64,000 nucleotides of DNA from Betaproteobacteria bacterium (lineage in GTDB: Bacteria; Pseudomonadota; Gammaproteobacteria; Burkholderiales; SG8-41): assembly GCA_025363435.1 (NCBI GenBank), contig JANYDY010000031.1, positions 14,584 to 78,583 of the forward strand, read 5' to 3'. Position 1 is the first letter of the stretch; the number at the start of each line of letters is the position of its first letter. Shown piece after piece: positions 14,992-28,136 of the stretch. Position numbers and translations under genes: made by a program. The notes beneath the pieces are model-generated. The model saw only the letters and a list, made by a program, of their open reading frames with translations. It did no database searches and was not told the DNA's origin.

Positions 14992-15608
14992 GGGTCTACC
15001 AATACCAGATGTCGTTCAGCGTTTAATTCCGGAACGTTCAAAGCAATCACTGCGCGCAGCTTGCGCGGGTCCTGCAAGCGGCTGATTTCGTCGCACGGCT
15101 GAACCCCTTTCATCGCCGCCAGCGTGCCGCCGGCGGTGCAGAATCCAGCGGTAACTTTTACGAATTCCGCCAAATCCGAAAAGGCCCGCGAGATGACCAA
15201 ATCGAAACGGCGGTCGGTTTTCCATGCCTCGACCCGTTCGCAGACCACGGTCAGATTTTTGAGCCCCAGCTCGATTTTTGCCTGCTGCAAAAACGTTGTT
15301 TTTTTCTGATTGCTGTCGAGCAAAGTAACTTCCGCCTGCGGCCAGATGATCGCCAGCGGTATGCCCGGCAAGCCGCCGCCGCTGCCCACATCCAGTATTG
15401 TTTGTGCGGTCAAATGCGTTGCTACTGCAAGAGAATCCAGCAAGTGGGCGCTCACCATGGACTGCACATCGCGGATCGCCGTCAAGTTGTGAACGCGGTT
15501 CCATTTTGCAATTAGATCGAGGTAAGCAAGCAGTTGCTTCTGCGCCTCTGCAGGGACCGGCAGGCCTAACCGGTCGAGACCATCGGTGAGCTGCTGCGCC
15601 GGACTCAT
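14988..15608 (-). CDS. rsmG: 16S rRNA (guanine527-N7)-methyltransferase
   Basis: 206 aa with SAM motif [16 protein letters not shown]. Overlaps the mnmG stop by 4 nt. Confidence 0.94.
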   Translation of the reverse strand: MSPAQQLTDGLDRLGLPVPAEAQKQLLAYLDLIAKWNRVHNLTAIRDVQSMVSAHLLDSLAVATHLTAQTILDVGSGGGLPGIPLAIIWPQAEVTLLDSNQKKTTFLQQAKIELGLKNLTVVCERVEAWKTDRRFDLVISRAFSDLAEFVKVTAGFCTAGGTLAAMKGVQPCDEISRLQDPRKLRAVIALNVPELNAERHLVLVDP

Positions 15609-17497
15609 GCTGTTTTCCGCGCAACACCGTAGCCTTTCTTGAGATAGACCAGCAACAGCGATATGGCCGCCGGCGTGATGCCCGAAATACGCGATGCCTG
15701 GCCGACCGTTTCGGGGTGTTGCTGATTCAGTTTTTGCTGCGCCTCAATCGACAGTCCTCTGACCTGGCGATAATCAAACGCCGCCGGCAGGCGCATATCT
15801 TCAAAAGTTTCCTGGCGCAGAATCTCATCATGCTGACGCTCGATATAGCCGCGGTATTTGATCTGCACTTCGACCTGCGCCGAGGTTTGCTCATCTGCAA
15901 TTGCCGGGCCGCAGCCCGGCAGCGTCATCAGGCCTTTGTAGCTTACCTGCGGGCGTCGCAATAAATCTTCGAGCGAATACTCGCGTTCAATCGCCTGTCC
16001 GAGCACGCGTTCTGCATCCTGCGTCGCCAGAATTTTCGGGTTAACCCAAGTCGATTTAAGGCGTTCGATTTCGCGCGCAACGCCATCACGCTTGCGCGAA
16101 AAATATTCCCAGCGCCGGTCATCAACCAGACCGAGCGTGCGGCCGATTTCGGTCAAACGCATATCTGCATTGTCTTCACGCAGGCTCAGCCGGTATTCAG
16201 CACGGCTGGTAAACATGCGGTAGGGCTCGGTCACGCCGCGCGTAATCAAATCGTCGACCAGCACACCCAGATAGGCTTCATTGCGGCGCGGACACCACGC
16301 TTCCTGTTCTGATACGAATCGTGCAGCGTTGACGCCGGCCAGCAGTCCCTGCGCGGCCGCTTCTTCATAGCCGGTAGTACCGTTGATCTGTCCGGCAAAA
16401 AACAAACCGGCGATCGCTTTTGTTTCGAGCGAACTCTTCAGGCCGCGCGGATCGAAATAATCATACTCGATGGCGTAGCCGGGGCGCGTGATATACGCGT
16501 TTTCCAGCCCCTTGATCGAGCGCACCAGCGCCAGCTGAATATCGAAGGGCAGGCTGGTCGATATGCCATTGGGATAAATTTCGTTGACCGTTAAACCTTC
16601 CGGCTCAAGAAAAATCTGGTGCGATGTTTTATCGGCAAAGCGCGTGATCTTGTCTTCGATCGACGGGCAGTAGCGCGGACCAACACCTTCGATAACACCG
16701 GTGAAGAGCGGCGAGCGATCAAGTCCGCCGCGAATAATTTCGTGGGTGTTCGCATTGGTGTGCGTAATCCAGCACGGCATTTGCTGCGGATGCTGAGCGA
16801 CATTGCCGAGAAATGAAAATACCGGCAGCGGATCATCGCCGGGCTGCTCGGTCAATTGGCTGAAATCAATTGAGCGCGAATCAATGCGCGGTGGTGTGCC
16901 GGTTTTGAGACGGCCGACCGGCAGATCCAGTTCACGCAAACGCGCGGCAAGACTAACCGCGGGCGGGTCACCGGCGCGACCGGCCTGGTAGCTATTCAAG
17001 CCCACATGGATAAGACCAGCCAGAAAAGTGCCGGCAGTTAAAACCACCGCATCCGCGCTAAATTTCAGCCCCAATTGCGTAACAACCCCGGTCACGCGAT
17101 CGTTAACAACCAAAAGATCATCAACAGATTGCTGAAATATCAATAGGTTATATTGATTTTCCAAGCGACCCCGGATGGCTTTGCGGTAGAGCACCCGATC
17201 AGCCTGTGCGCGTGTCGCACGCACGGCGGGGCCCTTGCTGCAATTCAGGATACGGAATTGAATGCCGGCTTCGTCGGTCGCCGCCGCCATCGCGCCGCCG
17301 AGCGCATCAACCTCTTTGACGAGATGTCCCTTGCCGATTCCGCCAATCGACGGATTGCAGGACATTTGGCCCAGCGTTTCAATGTTATGGGTCAACAGCA
17401 GGGTGCGTTTACCCATGCGCGCGCTGGCCAGCGCCGCCTCGGTGCCGGCGTGCCCGCCACCGATGACAATAACGTCAAATTTTTCAGAATACTGCAT
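15605..17497 (-). CDS. mnmG: tRNA uridine 5-carboxymethylaminomethyl modification enzyme MnmG (GidA)
   Basis: 630 aa with FAD fold [15 protein letters not shown] and conserved GidA sequence throughout. Confidence 0.97.
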   Translation of the reverse strand: MQYSEKFDVIVIGGGHAGTEAALASARMGKRTLLLTHNIETLGQMSCNPSIGGIGKGHLVKEVDALGGAMAAATDEAGIQFRILNCSKGPAVRATRAQADRVLYRKAIRGRLENQYNLLIFQQSVDDLLVVNDRVTGVVTQLGLKFSADAVVLTAGTFLAGLIHVGLNSYQAGRAGDPPAVSLAARLRELDLPVGRLKTGTPPRIDSRSIDFSQLTEQPGDDPLPVFSFLGNVAQHPQQMPCWITHTNANTHEIIRGGLDRSPLFTGVIEGVGPRYCPSIEDKITRFADKTSHQIFLEPEGLTVNEIYPNGISTSLPFDIQLALVRSIKGLENAYITRPGYAIEYDYFDPRGLKSSLETKAIAGLFFAGQINGTTGYEEAAAQGLLAGVNAARFVSEQEAWCPRRNEAYLGVLVDDLITRGVTEPYRMFTSRAEYRLSLREDNADMRLTEIGRTLGLVDDRRWEYFSRKRDGVAREIERLKSTWVNPKILATQDAERVLGQAIEREYSLEDLLRRPQVSYKGLMTLPGCGPAIADEQTSAQVEVQIKYRGYIERQHDEILRQETFEDMRLPAAFDYRQVRGLSIEAQQKLNQQHPETVGQASRISGITPAAISLLLVYLKKGYGVARKTA

Positions 17498-17622
17498 TGG
17501 TCACCGCGACAACGACAGGGGCGTAATAATAGCCGAAAAGACCGCCCGAACGAAGGGTTTACGCAGGGTACCTCGTTGGTTCGGCAGCAGAAAACCTGCC
17601 GGTTTCGCGACCTTAGCGCAAA

Positions 17623-17638
17623 TGTTTCACGTGGAACA
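17623..17638. promoter_or_regulatory. parS centromere-like site
   Basis: TGTTTCACGTGGAACA is the exact reverse complement of the canonical chromosomal parS 16-mer TGTTCCACGTGAAACA. It lies in the mnmG-mnmE spacer about 2.6 kb from parA. Confidence 0.85.
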
Positions 17639-17661
17639 TTCCGACCTGCATCCGGGACAAC

Positions 17662-18999
17662 CTATTTGCCGATGCAGAATTGGCTGAATATTTTTCCGAG
17701 CAAATCATCGGCAGTAACTTCGCCGGTAATCGAAGCAAGAGCAATCTGCGCCAGCCGCAACTCTTCCGCACACAATTCCAGCTGCGCCATGCTGGCAATT
17801 GCGGCGTCTACATGCCCCGCGCCGAGATGCAGCGCGTGCAGGTGGCGCGCGCGCGCCAGAAACACGCCCTCTCCATTGCCCCAGCCGGCAGCACGCAAAA
17901 TTTCATCCTGCAGCGTTTCGAGGCCTTGTCCGGACTGCGCCGACACTTTTATGGTCACGCCGCTCGCGGTCTCGCCAATGGGATCGATTTCAACCAGATC
18001 GATCTTGTTGATCACCAGAAAAGTCGTCGCACCAGCGGCTAGCCGCCCGATCAAGGCAGTATCGATTTCCCGCGTCTGCGGCCGCGTCGCGTCGGCGATC
18101 CAGAGCACGATGTCGGCCTTGGAAATCGCCTCGTGGCTACGCGCAATACCAATCTTCTCAACCGGGTCCTGGGCCTCCCGTAGACCAGCGGTGTCGACCA
18201 GGTGCAAGGGTATGCCTTTAATACTGACCGTCTCGCGTATGGCGTCGCGCGTCGTACCCGGAATGTTCGTGACAATGGCGCGCTCGGCGCCCGCCAGCTT
18301 GTTAAGCAGGCTCGACTTGCCGACGTTGGGCTGGCCCGCCAGCACAACGTGTATCCCGTCGCGCAACAAGCTGCCCTGCCGCGAGGCATCGATGATTTGT
18401 TTGATCGCCACGCGCAAATCCGCGAGCTTTGGTTTTAGCCGCAATTTCTCGATGAAATCGATTTCCTCTTCGGGAAAATCCAGGGTCGCTTCAACGAGAA
18501 CACGCAAATTGGTTAACGCCAACACCAGCGCGTCGATCCGTTCCGAAAACTCGCCCTCAAGCGAACGCACGGCGCATCGTGCGGCTTCCGTGGTTGTCGC
18601 GTTAATCAGATCGGCGACACCTTCTGCCTGCGCCAGATCCAGTTTGTCGTTGAGAAAGGCCCGCTTGGTAAATTCGCCCGGCTCGGCGATACGCGCACCC
18701 AACTCAAGACATCGCGTGAGCAGCATCTGCACGACGACCGGACCACCGTGCGCCTGCAGCTCGACCACGTCTTCACCGGTATAGGACTGCGGCGCAGGAA
18801 AAAACAAGGCAAGACCGTGATCAATGGTGGCACCGCTGGCGTCGCGAAACTTCGCCAGCGTAGCGCGTCGAGGCAACACTTCTAACTTGAGCAACCCGCC
18901 GAGCAGCGGGCGCAGGTCGGGACCTGAGAGGCGTATTACAGCAACGCCGCCGCGACCGGCAGGCGTTGCGACTGCCGCAATGGCATCACTTCTTGCCAT
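17662..18999 (-). CDS. mnmE: tRNA modification GTPase MnmE (TrmE)
   Basis: 445 aa with G1 motif GQPNVGKSSLLN and the C-terminal ...FCIGK motif. Its start overlaps the yidC 3' end by 14 nt. Confidence 0.96.
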   Translation of the reverse strand: MARSDAIAAVATPAGRGGVAVIRLSGPDLRPLLGGLLKLEVLPRRATLAKFRDASGATIDHGLALFFPAPQSYTGEDVVELQAHGGPVVVQMLLTRCLELGARIAEPGEFTKRAFLNDKLDLAQAEGVADLINATTTEAARCAVRSLEGEFSERIDALVLALTNLRVLVEATLDFPEEEIDFIEKLRLKPKLADLRVAIKQIIDASRQGSLLRDGIHVVLAGQPNVGKSSLLNKLAGAERAIVTNIPGTTRDAIRETVSIKGIPLHLVDTAGLREAQDPVEKIGIARSHEAISKADIVLWIADATRPQTREIDTALIGRLAAGATTFLVINKIDLVEIDPIGETASGVTIKVSAQSGQGLETLQDEILRAAGWGNGEGVFLARARHLHALHLGAGHVDAAIASMAQLELCAEELRLAQIALASITGEVTADDLLGKIFSQFCIGK

Positions 19000-20656
19000 G
19001 CGCCGGCGTGGCGTTCTCCGTTGCGCGCGTAATCTGCCATTGCTGGGCGATCGACAGAATATTGTTGATCAGCCAATACAGCACGAGGCCCGCCGGGAAA
19101 AAGAAAAACATGATGCTGAAGGCGATCGGCATGATTTTCATGATCTTCGCCTGCACCGGATCCGGCGGCTCCGGATTCAAGTAGGTCTGAAAAATCATCG
19201 TGGCGCCCATAAGGGTAGGAAGCACGAACCAGGGATCCGGGTTCGAGAGGTCGTTGATCCACAACATGAAGGGCGCGTGGCGCAGCTCAACACTCGCCAG
19301 CAAAACCCAATAAAGCGCAATAAAAACAGGTATTTGAACAACAACCGGAAGGCAACCCCCAAGCGGGTTGATCTTTTCGGCGCGATACAACTCCATCATC
19401 GCCTGACTCATGCCTTGACGATCATCGCCAAAGCGTTCTTTCAGCTTTTGCATTTTGGGCGCGACCACACGCATGCGCGCCATCGAGCGATAACTCGCCG
19501 CTGAAAGCGGGTAAAACACCGCCTTGATTGTGACGGTGAGCAAAATAATTGCGGTGCCCCAATTACCGACCAGGCCATAAAGCCACTGCAAAAACCAGAA
19601 CAACGGTTTGGCAATAATGGTGAGCCAACCGTAATCCACGGTGAGCTCCAGGCCGGGCGCCAATACTTCAAGCTTGTCCTGTTCCTGCGGCCCGGCATAG
19701 AGCGGCACCACTAACGACGCAGTCGCACCCGGTTCGATCTTGCCCACCGACAATATAACGCCCGCAGAAAAAAGCCCGCTGTCGCCGCGTTGCGCAAAAT
19801 ATTCACGCGGCGCATTCGCCTTGGGTAACCACGCGCTCAGAAAATAATGCTGCAAAAAAGCAATCCAGCCGTCATTCGATTTTTTCGGATAACTGGCCTT
19901 GCCTTTTTCAATATCGGTAAACGGCAGTTTCAAAAATTTCTCGCGTTCGGTATAGACCGCGACGCCGGTAAAGGTCGGCAGCATGGCCGAATCGCCTTCC
20001 GGCGGTTTGCCGTCACGCACCAGCTGGAAATACGCGTCCGGCGTAACCGCATTTGCACTTTTGTTTTCCACCTCGAAACCGACATCGATTTCGTAACGGC
20101 CACGGTGAAACGTATAGACCTTGGTGACTTTAATGCCGTCCGACTCGGGCGCGGTCAAGCGCACCGAAACGCTTTGCGCGCCATCAGCCAGTTTGGCTGT
20201 GTTGGTTGAAGCGGTAAATTTTGTACGGTGATTGGGCAGAGTGCCGCCGATCAAACCGGCTTGCGCAACATAAGTGTGTTCAGCCTCCTGCAACAGCAGG
20301 AAGTTCTTTTTGCGGTCAATGGTGTCGCGATGCTCCAGCAGTTCGAGCCGACGCAAATCGCCGCCGGCGGTATTGATATCCGCAATATACAAATCGGTTT
20401 CAACACGAACCACGTCGCCACGCTGCAAGGCGCCGGCGGGCGCCGGGGCAGCAGCAGCAGGGGCCGACGCCGCGGCGGGCGCTGCGGATAATGGCTGGGT
20501 TGGCGTCGGCACTGCGGTCTGTGATGAGCCGGTGGCAGGCGCGGTTATTCCTGTGCCCGGCTGGAGCGGCGGGCGCGTATCGCGCTGCCACGCCTCGTAC
20601 AACATAAAAACCGAGAACGTGAACAGGATAAAAAGGACCAGCCTTTGGTTTTCCAT
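18986..20656 (-). CDS. yidC: Membrane protein insertase YidC
   Basis: Start placed at ATG 20656 (MENQRLVLFILFTFSVFMLYEAWQ, a typical YidC N-terminus). It has a large periplasmic P1 domain and a conserved C-terminal TM core. The ORF track extends to a GTG at 20698. Confidence 0.95.
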   Translation of the reverse strand: MENQRLVLFILFTFSVFMLYEAWQRDTRPPLQPGTGITAPATGSSQTAVPTPTQPLSAAPAAASAPAAAAPAPAGALQRGDVVRVETDLYIADINTAGGDLRRLELLEHRDTIDRKKNFLLLQEAEHTYVAQAGLIGGTLPNHRTKFTASTNTAKLADGAQSVSVRLTAPESDGIKVTKVYTFHRGRYEIDVGFEVENKSANAVTPDAYFQLVRDGKPPEGDSAMLPTFTGVAVYTEREKFLKLPFTDIEKGKASYPKKSNDGWIAFLQHYFLSAWLPKANAPREYFAQRGDSGLFSAGVILSVGKIEPGATASLVVPLYAGPQEQDKLEVLAPGLELTVDYGWLTIIAKPLFWFLQWLYGLVGNWGTAIILLTVTIKAVFYPLSAASYRSMARMRVVAPKMQKLKERFGDDRQGMSQAMMELYRAEKINPLGGCLPVVVQIPVFIALYWVLLASVELRHAPFMLWINDLSNPDPWFVLPTLMGATMIFQTYLNPEPPDPVQAKIMKIMPIAFSIMFFFFPAGLVLYWLINNILSIAQQWQITRATENATPAHGKK

Positions 20657-20709
20657 CGTCAGACCATCATTTCCCGCGGAGACCGCGGCGCTATTCACCC
20701 GGGGCCGGG

Positions 20710-20851
20710 TCAGTAATGATCCGGCCGCTCTATCGAAATCAACGCGCCAAACCAGCTGCCGGCGGAGGATTTAAAACCCGCCCTCGCAGCATTGCTGCAA
20801 GGGCACCGAAAATACTAGCTATTCGCCGTCGCGGACAGACGGCTATGACAT
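20710..20851 (-). pseudogene. yidD: Possible decayed yidD (membrane protein insertion efficiency factor) remnant
   Basis: This is the expected yidD slot between rnpA and yidC. Two different frames give colinear weak YidD-like strings (..VIAVCPRRRIASIFG.. then ..CPCSNAARAGFKSSAGSWFGAL..). There is no intact ORF, no CRFxPxCS motif and no GGxDPVP motif. Confidence 0.25.
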
Positions 20852-21204
20852 TGGCCGACGGACTTCCGCAACAGATCTTGTAATTCCACCCGCGCCGCAG
20901 TGGATTCCGCCGGCGCGACCGCGGTGCGCGGCCGCACCACAAAGTCCACGCCGGTTACGGTCGCGCAGGCATGACGGAAGACATCGCGTGTGAGCCGCTT
21001 GAAAGTATTGCGCTCGACCGCCCGCTTCATGATGCGCTTGCTCACCACCACACCCAAACGCGCCTTCGCCTCGCCGCTTGGTCGTACATACACCTGGAAC
21101 CACTGCCCGGTCACCCAGCATTTGTAGGCGAAAACCGCGGCATAGGCATGCGGCCCGTCAAGGCGCCGCGCGCGAGAAAAAGAAAATTTCCCGCCTTCGT
21201 TCAA
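20815..21204 (-). CDS. rnpA: Ribonuclease P protein component
   Basis: 129 aa, basic, with ...FSFSRARRLDGPHAYAAVF... and KRAVERNTFKRLTRD (RNR-type motif). TTG start lies 3 nt downstream of the rpmH stop. Confidence 0.9.
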   Translation of the reverse strand: MNEGGKFSFSRARRLDGPHAYAAVFAYKCWVTGQWFQVYVRPSGEAKARLGVVVSKRIMKRAVERNTFKRLTRDVFRHACATVTGVDFVVRPRTAVAPAESTAARVELQDLLRKSVGQCHSRLSATANS

Positions 21205-21207
21205 ACG

Positions 21208-21342
21208 TCAAACGGCCAAACGTGCGCGGCCTTTGGCGCGGCGTGCGCGAATAACTGCGCGACCGGCGCGCGTCTTCATGCGCACACGGAATCCGTGCGT
21301 GCGTTTGCGCCGCGTCGTCGACGGCTGATAAGTCCGTTTCAT
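21208..21342 (-). CDS. rpmH: 50S ribosomal protein L34
   Basis: Hand-translated 44 aa: [44 protein letters not shown]. It is too short for the ORF track. Confidence 0.97.
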   Translation of the reverse strand: MKRTYQPSTTRRKRTHGFRVRMKTRAGRAVIRARRAKGRARLAV

Positions 21343-21449
21343 GATGTCCGTCCTGTCAAAGTAAAAAGCCCGCTATTACAACCGCTAACACCCATTTCTG
21401 TCAATGTAAAACTGGATCGGCACAGGTCCGCCGCCGAACCACGAACGCT

Positions 21450-21458
21450 TGTGGATAA
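21450..21458. promoter_or_regulatory. Consensus DnaA box upstream of dnaA
   Basis: TGTGGATAA is the reverse complement of TTATCCACA (9/9). It lies 82 nt upstream of the dnaA ATG in the rpmH-dnaA spacer. Confidence 0.7.
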
Positions 21459-21539
21459 CTCTTCTTAAAAACGCTAAAATTCGCCATCCATCAGGCCTTC
21501 CGGCCGACCTCCGAAACCACTTAATTTTACTGCCCCGCG

Positions 21540-22865
21540 ATGAACAGTTTCTGGCGCTCTTGCCTCGATCACTTTGAAAAGCAATTGCCGCCCCAGCAAT
21601 TCAAAACGTGGATCAAGCCGCTTAAATTTCAGGCGGTAGATCACACGCTTACGCTTACCGCGCCGAATCGCTTTGTGTTGCAGTGGATCCGTGATCGCTT
21701 TCTTGGCGAGATCCAGCGGCTCGCCGTCGACCGCCTCGGCGCCGACATCACGGTGAACCTCGCGCTGGTAGAAAAACCGTCAGTTGCCGCCCCCGCCCAC
21801 CCGATTGCGGTGGAAACGGCCGGCAACAAGCCCAGCACGCGGGAAATTTCCCGTCTCAATCCGGAATTTACATTCAAGACTTTCGTTACCGGCAAAGCGA
21901 ATGAGCTGGCACGCGCCGCCGCCATGCAGGTGGCCGAGCGCCCGGGAGAAGCCTACAACCCGTTATTTGTATACGGCGGCGTCGGGCTCGGCAAAACCCA
22001 CTTGATCCATGCGATCGGCAATTTATTGCAGGAGCGCAATCCGCAAAGCCGCATCCGCTACATCCACGCCGAACAATATGTTTCCGACGTGGTGCGCGCC
22101 TACCAGCACAAAGCCTTCGACGACTTCAAACGTTATTATCATTCGCTCGATTTACTGCTGATCGACGACATCCAGTTTTTCAGCGGCAAAAGCCGCACGC
22201 AGGAAGAATTCTTTTATGCGTTTAATGCGCTACTTGAATCGCGCAAGCAAGTGGTAATTACCTGCGATACCTATCCGCGGGAAATTGCCGGCATAGAAAA
22301 CCGTCTGATCTCGCGCTTCGGCTGGGGACTGACTGTTGCCGTCGAGCCGCCGGAACTCGAAATGCGCGTCGCCATACTGTTGCGCAAAGCGGAAGCTGAG
22401 AATATACATCTCGACGAAGCGGTTGCCTTTTTTATCGCCAGCCACAGCCAAACCAACGTGCGCGAACTCGAGGGCGCATTAAAACGCATCCTCGCCTTTT
22501 CGCGGTTTTCCGGGCGGCCAATCACCATTGATGTCTGTCGCGAAGCCCTTAAGGACCTGCTTGCTTTGCAAAGCCGCCAGGTCTCCATCGATAACATCCA
22601 GAAAACCGTTGCCGATTATTACAAAATCAAGGTTTCTGAAATGTATTCGAAGAAGCGCACGCGCAATATCGCGCGGCCGCGGCAAATCGCCATGGCTCTG
22701 GCAAAAGAACTGACCCACTTGAGCCTGCCCGATATCGGCGAAGCCTTCGGCGGACGCGACCATACGACCGTTTTACATGCCTGCCGGAAAATTGCCGCTC
22801 TCAAGTCCACCAATCACGACATTACGCGCGACTTTGATTCATTGTTGAAAGTACTGAGAAGTTAG
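21540..22865 (+). CDS. dnaA: Chromosomal replication initiator protein DnaA
   Basis: 441 aa. AAA+ Walker [11 protein letters not shown], Walker [10 protein letters not shown], and C-terminal DNA-binding signature ...[11 protein letters not shown]. Confidence 0.98.
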   Translation: MNSFWRSCLDHFEKQLPPQQFKTWIKPLKFQAVDHTLTLTAPNRFVLQWIRDRFLGEIQRLAVDRLGADITVNLALVEKPSVAAPAHPIAVETAGNKPSTREISRLNPEFTFKTFVTGKANELARAAAMQVAERPGEAYNPLFVYGGVGLGKTHLIHAIGNLLQERNPQSRIRYIHAEQYVSDVVRAYQHKAFDDFKRYYHSLDLLLIDDIQFFSGKSRTQEEFFYAFNALLESRKQVVITCDTYPREIAGIENRLISRFGWGLTVAVEPPELEMRVAILLRKAEAENIHLDEAVAFFIASHSQTNVRELEGALKRILAFSRFSGRPITIDVCREALKDLLALQSRQVSIDNIQKTVADYYKIKVSEMYSKKRTRNIARPRQIAMALAKELTHLSLPDIGEAFGGRDHTTVLHACRKIAALKSTNHDITRDFDSLLKVLRS

Positions 22866-23051
22866 TATCCGGTGGATATATTGTGTGTATGCGTTAAAAA
22901 AACGATTTCTGAAATTCAATGCACAAAGAGTCCACAAGCAAGTTGAGTTTTTGTTTGCAATAAAAATGACATTAAAGTCTGCATGGTGAGGGGTTTACCG
23001 CGATATCCACAAAAACCGTGACAGTTATTACTATTACTAGGAATTTAAAGT
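22866..23051. other. AT-rich dnaA-dnaN spacer with DnaA-box-like sites (candidate oriC/DUE element)
   Basis: Noticeably AT-rich compared with its flanks. Contains ATATCCACA (23003-23011, 8/9), GGTGGATAT (22871-22879, 7/9) and GAGTCCACA (22928-22936, 6/9), plus A/T tracts such as GTTAAAAAAACGATTTCTGAAATTCAAT. Confidence 0.35.
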
Positions 23052-24161
23052 ATGAAACTCGTACAAACCAAACGTGATGACTTGCTGAAGCCGTTGCAGG
23101 CAGTCTCCGGGATTGTCGAAAAAAGGCACACATTGCCGATACTGTCGAACGTTCTGTTTGAACGATCCGGAGACGCGTTGCTATTTCTCGCCACCGACCT
23201 TGAGATTCAGGTTTCGACAAGCTTTAATTCGCCGCAAAAAGGCGCTGATAATTATTCAGTCACCGTATCAGCCCGCAAGCTGCAGGATATTTTGCGAGCT
23301 CTGCCGGACGATGCCGACATTGCGCTCGAAACCCAGAACAATCGGATTCTCGCCAAATCGGGTAAAAGCCGTTTTACCCTGCAGACCCTGCCGGCGGAGG
23401 ATTTTCCGAAGCTGGCCCCGGCCGGTGCCGCTGCGGTAAAAATAAAGGTAAGCCAGAAGGCATTACGGGCGTTGTTGTTGCTGGTGCAATACGCGATGGC
23501 GCAGCAGGACATCCGTTATTACCTGAACGGCATGCTGTTCGTCATCGAGGGCAACATCATGAAGGCGGTCGCAACGGACGGACACCGTCTCGCCTATGCA
23601 ACCATGAAGCTGGAGCAGAAGGCCGAGCCGCTCGATCTTATATTGCCCCGCAAAGCCATTCAGGAGATCGTCAAACTTCTGGGCGACACGGACGATGAAG
23701 TCAGTTTCGAACTGACGGCAAACCAGGCCCGCTTCAAGATCGGCGGCGTTGAACTGATTACCAAAGTCGTTGATGGTAAGTTCCCTGACTACGGACGGGT
23801 AATTCCGACCAATTACACCAAACATTTTGAAATCGAACGCGCCAAACTCCAGCAGTCGTTGCAAAGAGTAGCCATACTCTCCAACGAAAAATTCCGCGGC
23901 GTACGCTGGACGCTGACTGAAGACCAACTGCGTATTGCATGCACAAATACGGAACAGGAAGAGGCTTTCGAGGAAATAGACATCGCCTATAAAGGAGAAC
24001 CCCTGGATATAGGCTTCAATGTTACCTACCTGCTGGACGTGTTGAACAACGTGTCGAGCGAGAAAGTGACCTGTTCTTTTGGCGATGCCAACAGCAGCGT
24101 TTTGATTACCATCGCGGAAGATACGGATTTCCGCTATGTCGTAATGCCGATGCGCATTTGA
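23052..24161 (+). CDS. dnaN: DNA polymerase III beta sliding clamp
   Basis: 369 aa. N-terminus MKLVQTKRDDLLKPLQAVSGIVEKRHTLPILSNVL and C-terminus ...RYVVMPMRI are typical. Confidence 0.97.
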   Translation: MKLVQTKRDDLLKPLQAVSGIVEKRHTLPILSNVLFERSGDALLFLATDLEIQVSTSFNSPQKGADNYSVTVSARKLQDILRALPDDADIALETQNNRILAKSGKSRFTLQTLPAEDFPKLAPAGAAAVKIKVSQKALRALLLLVQYAMAQQDIRYYLNGMLFVIEGNIMKAVATDGHRLAYATMKLEQKAEPLDLILPRKAIQEIVKLLGDTDDEVSFELTANQARFKIGGVELITKVVDGKFPDYGRVIPTNYTKHFEIERAKLQQSLQRVAILSNEKFRGVRWTLTEDQLRIACTNTEQEEAFEEIDIAYKGEPLDIGFNVTYLLDVLNNVSSEKVTCSFGDANSSVLITIAEDTDFRYVVMPMRI

Positions 24162-24171
24162 TTTGCACTAA

Positions 24172-28112
<3,941 letters not shown>

Positions 28113-28136
28113 GCCGGTGACGGTGGAAGCCAGAGG

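Noticed and set aside
20739-20942. 67-aa ORF overlapping the rnpA 3' end, considered as an intact yidD.
   Set aside because: It lacks every conserved YidD motif (CRFxPxCS, CHP, GGxDPVP) and is Arg/Pro-rich. At most its middle part contributes to a decayed relic (see finding).
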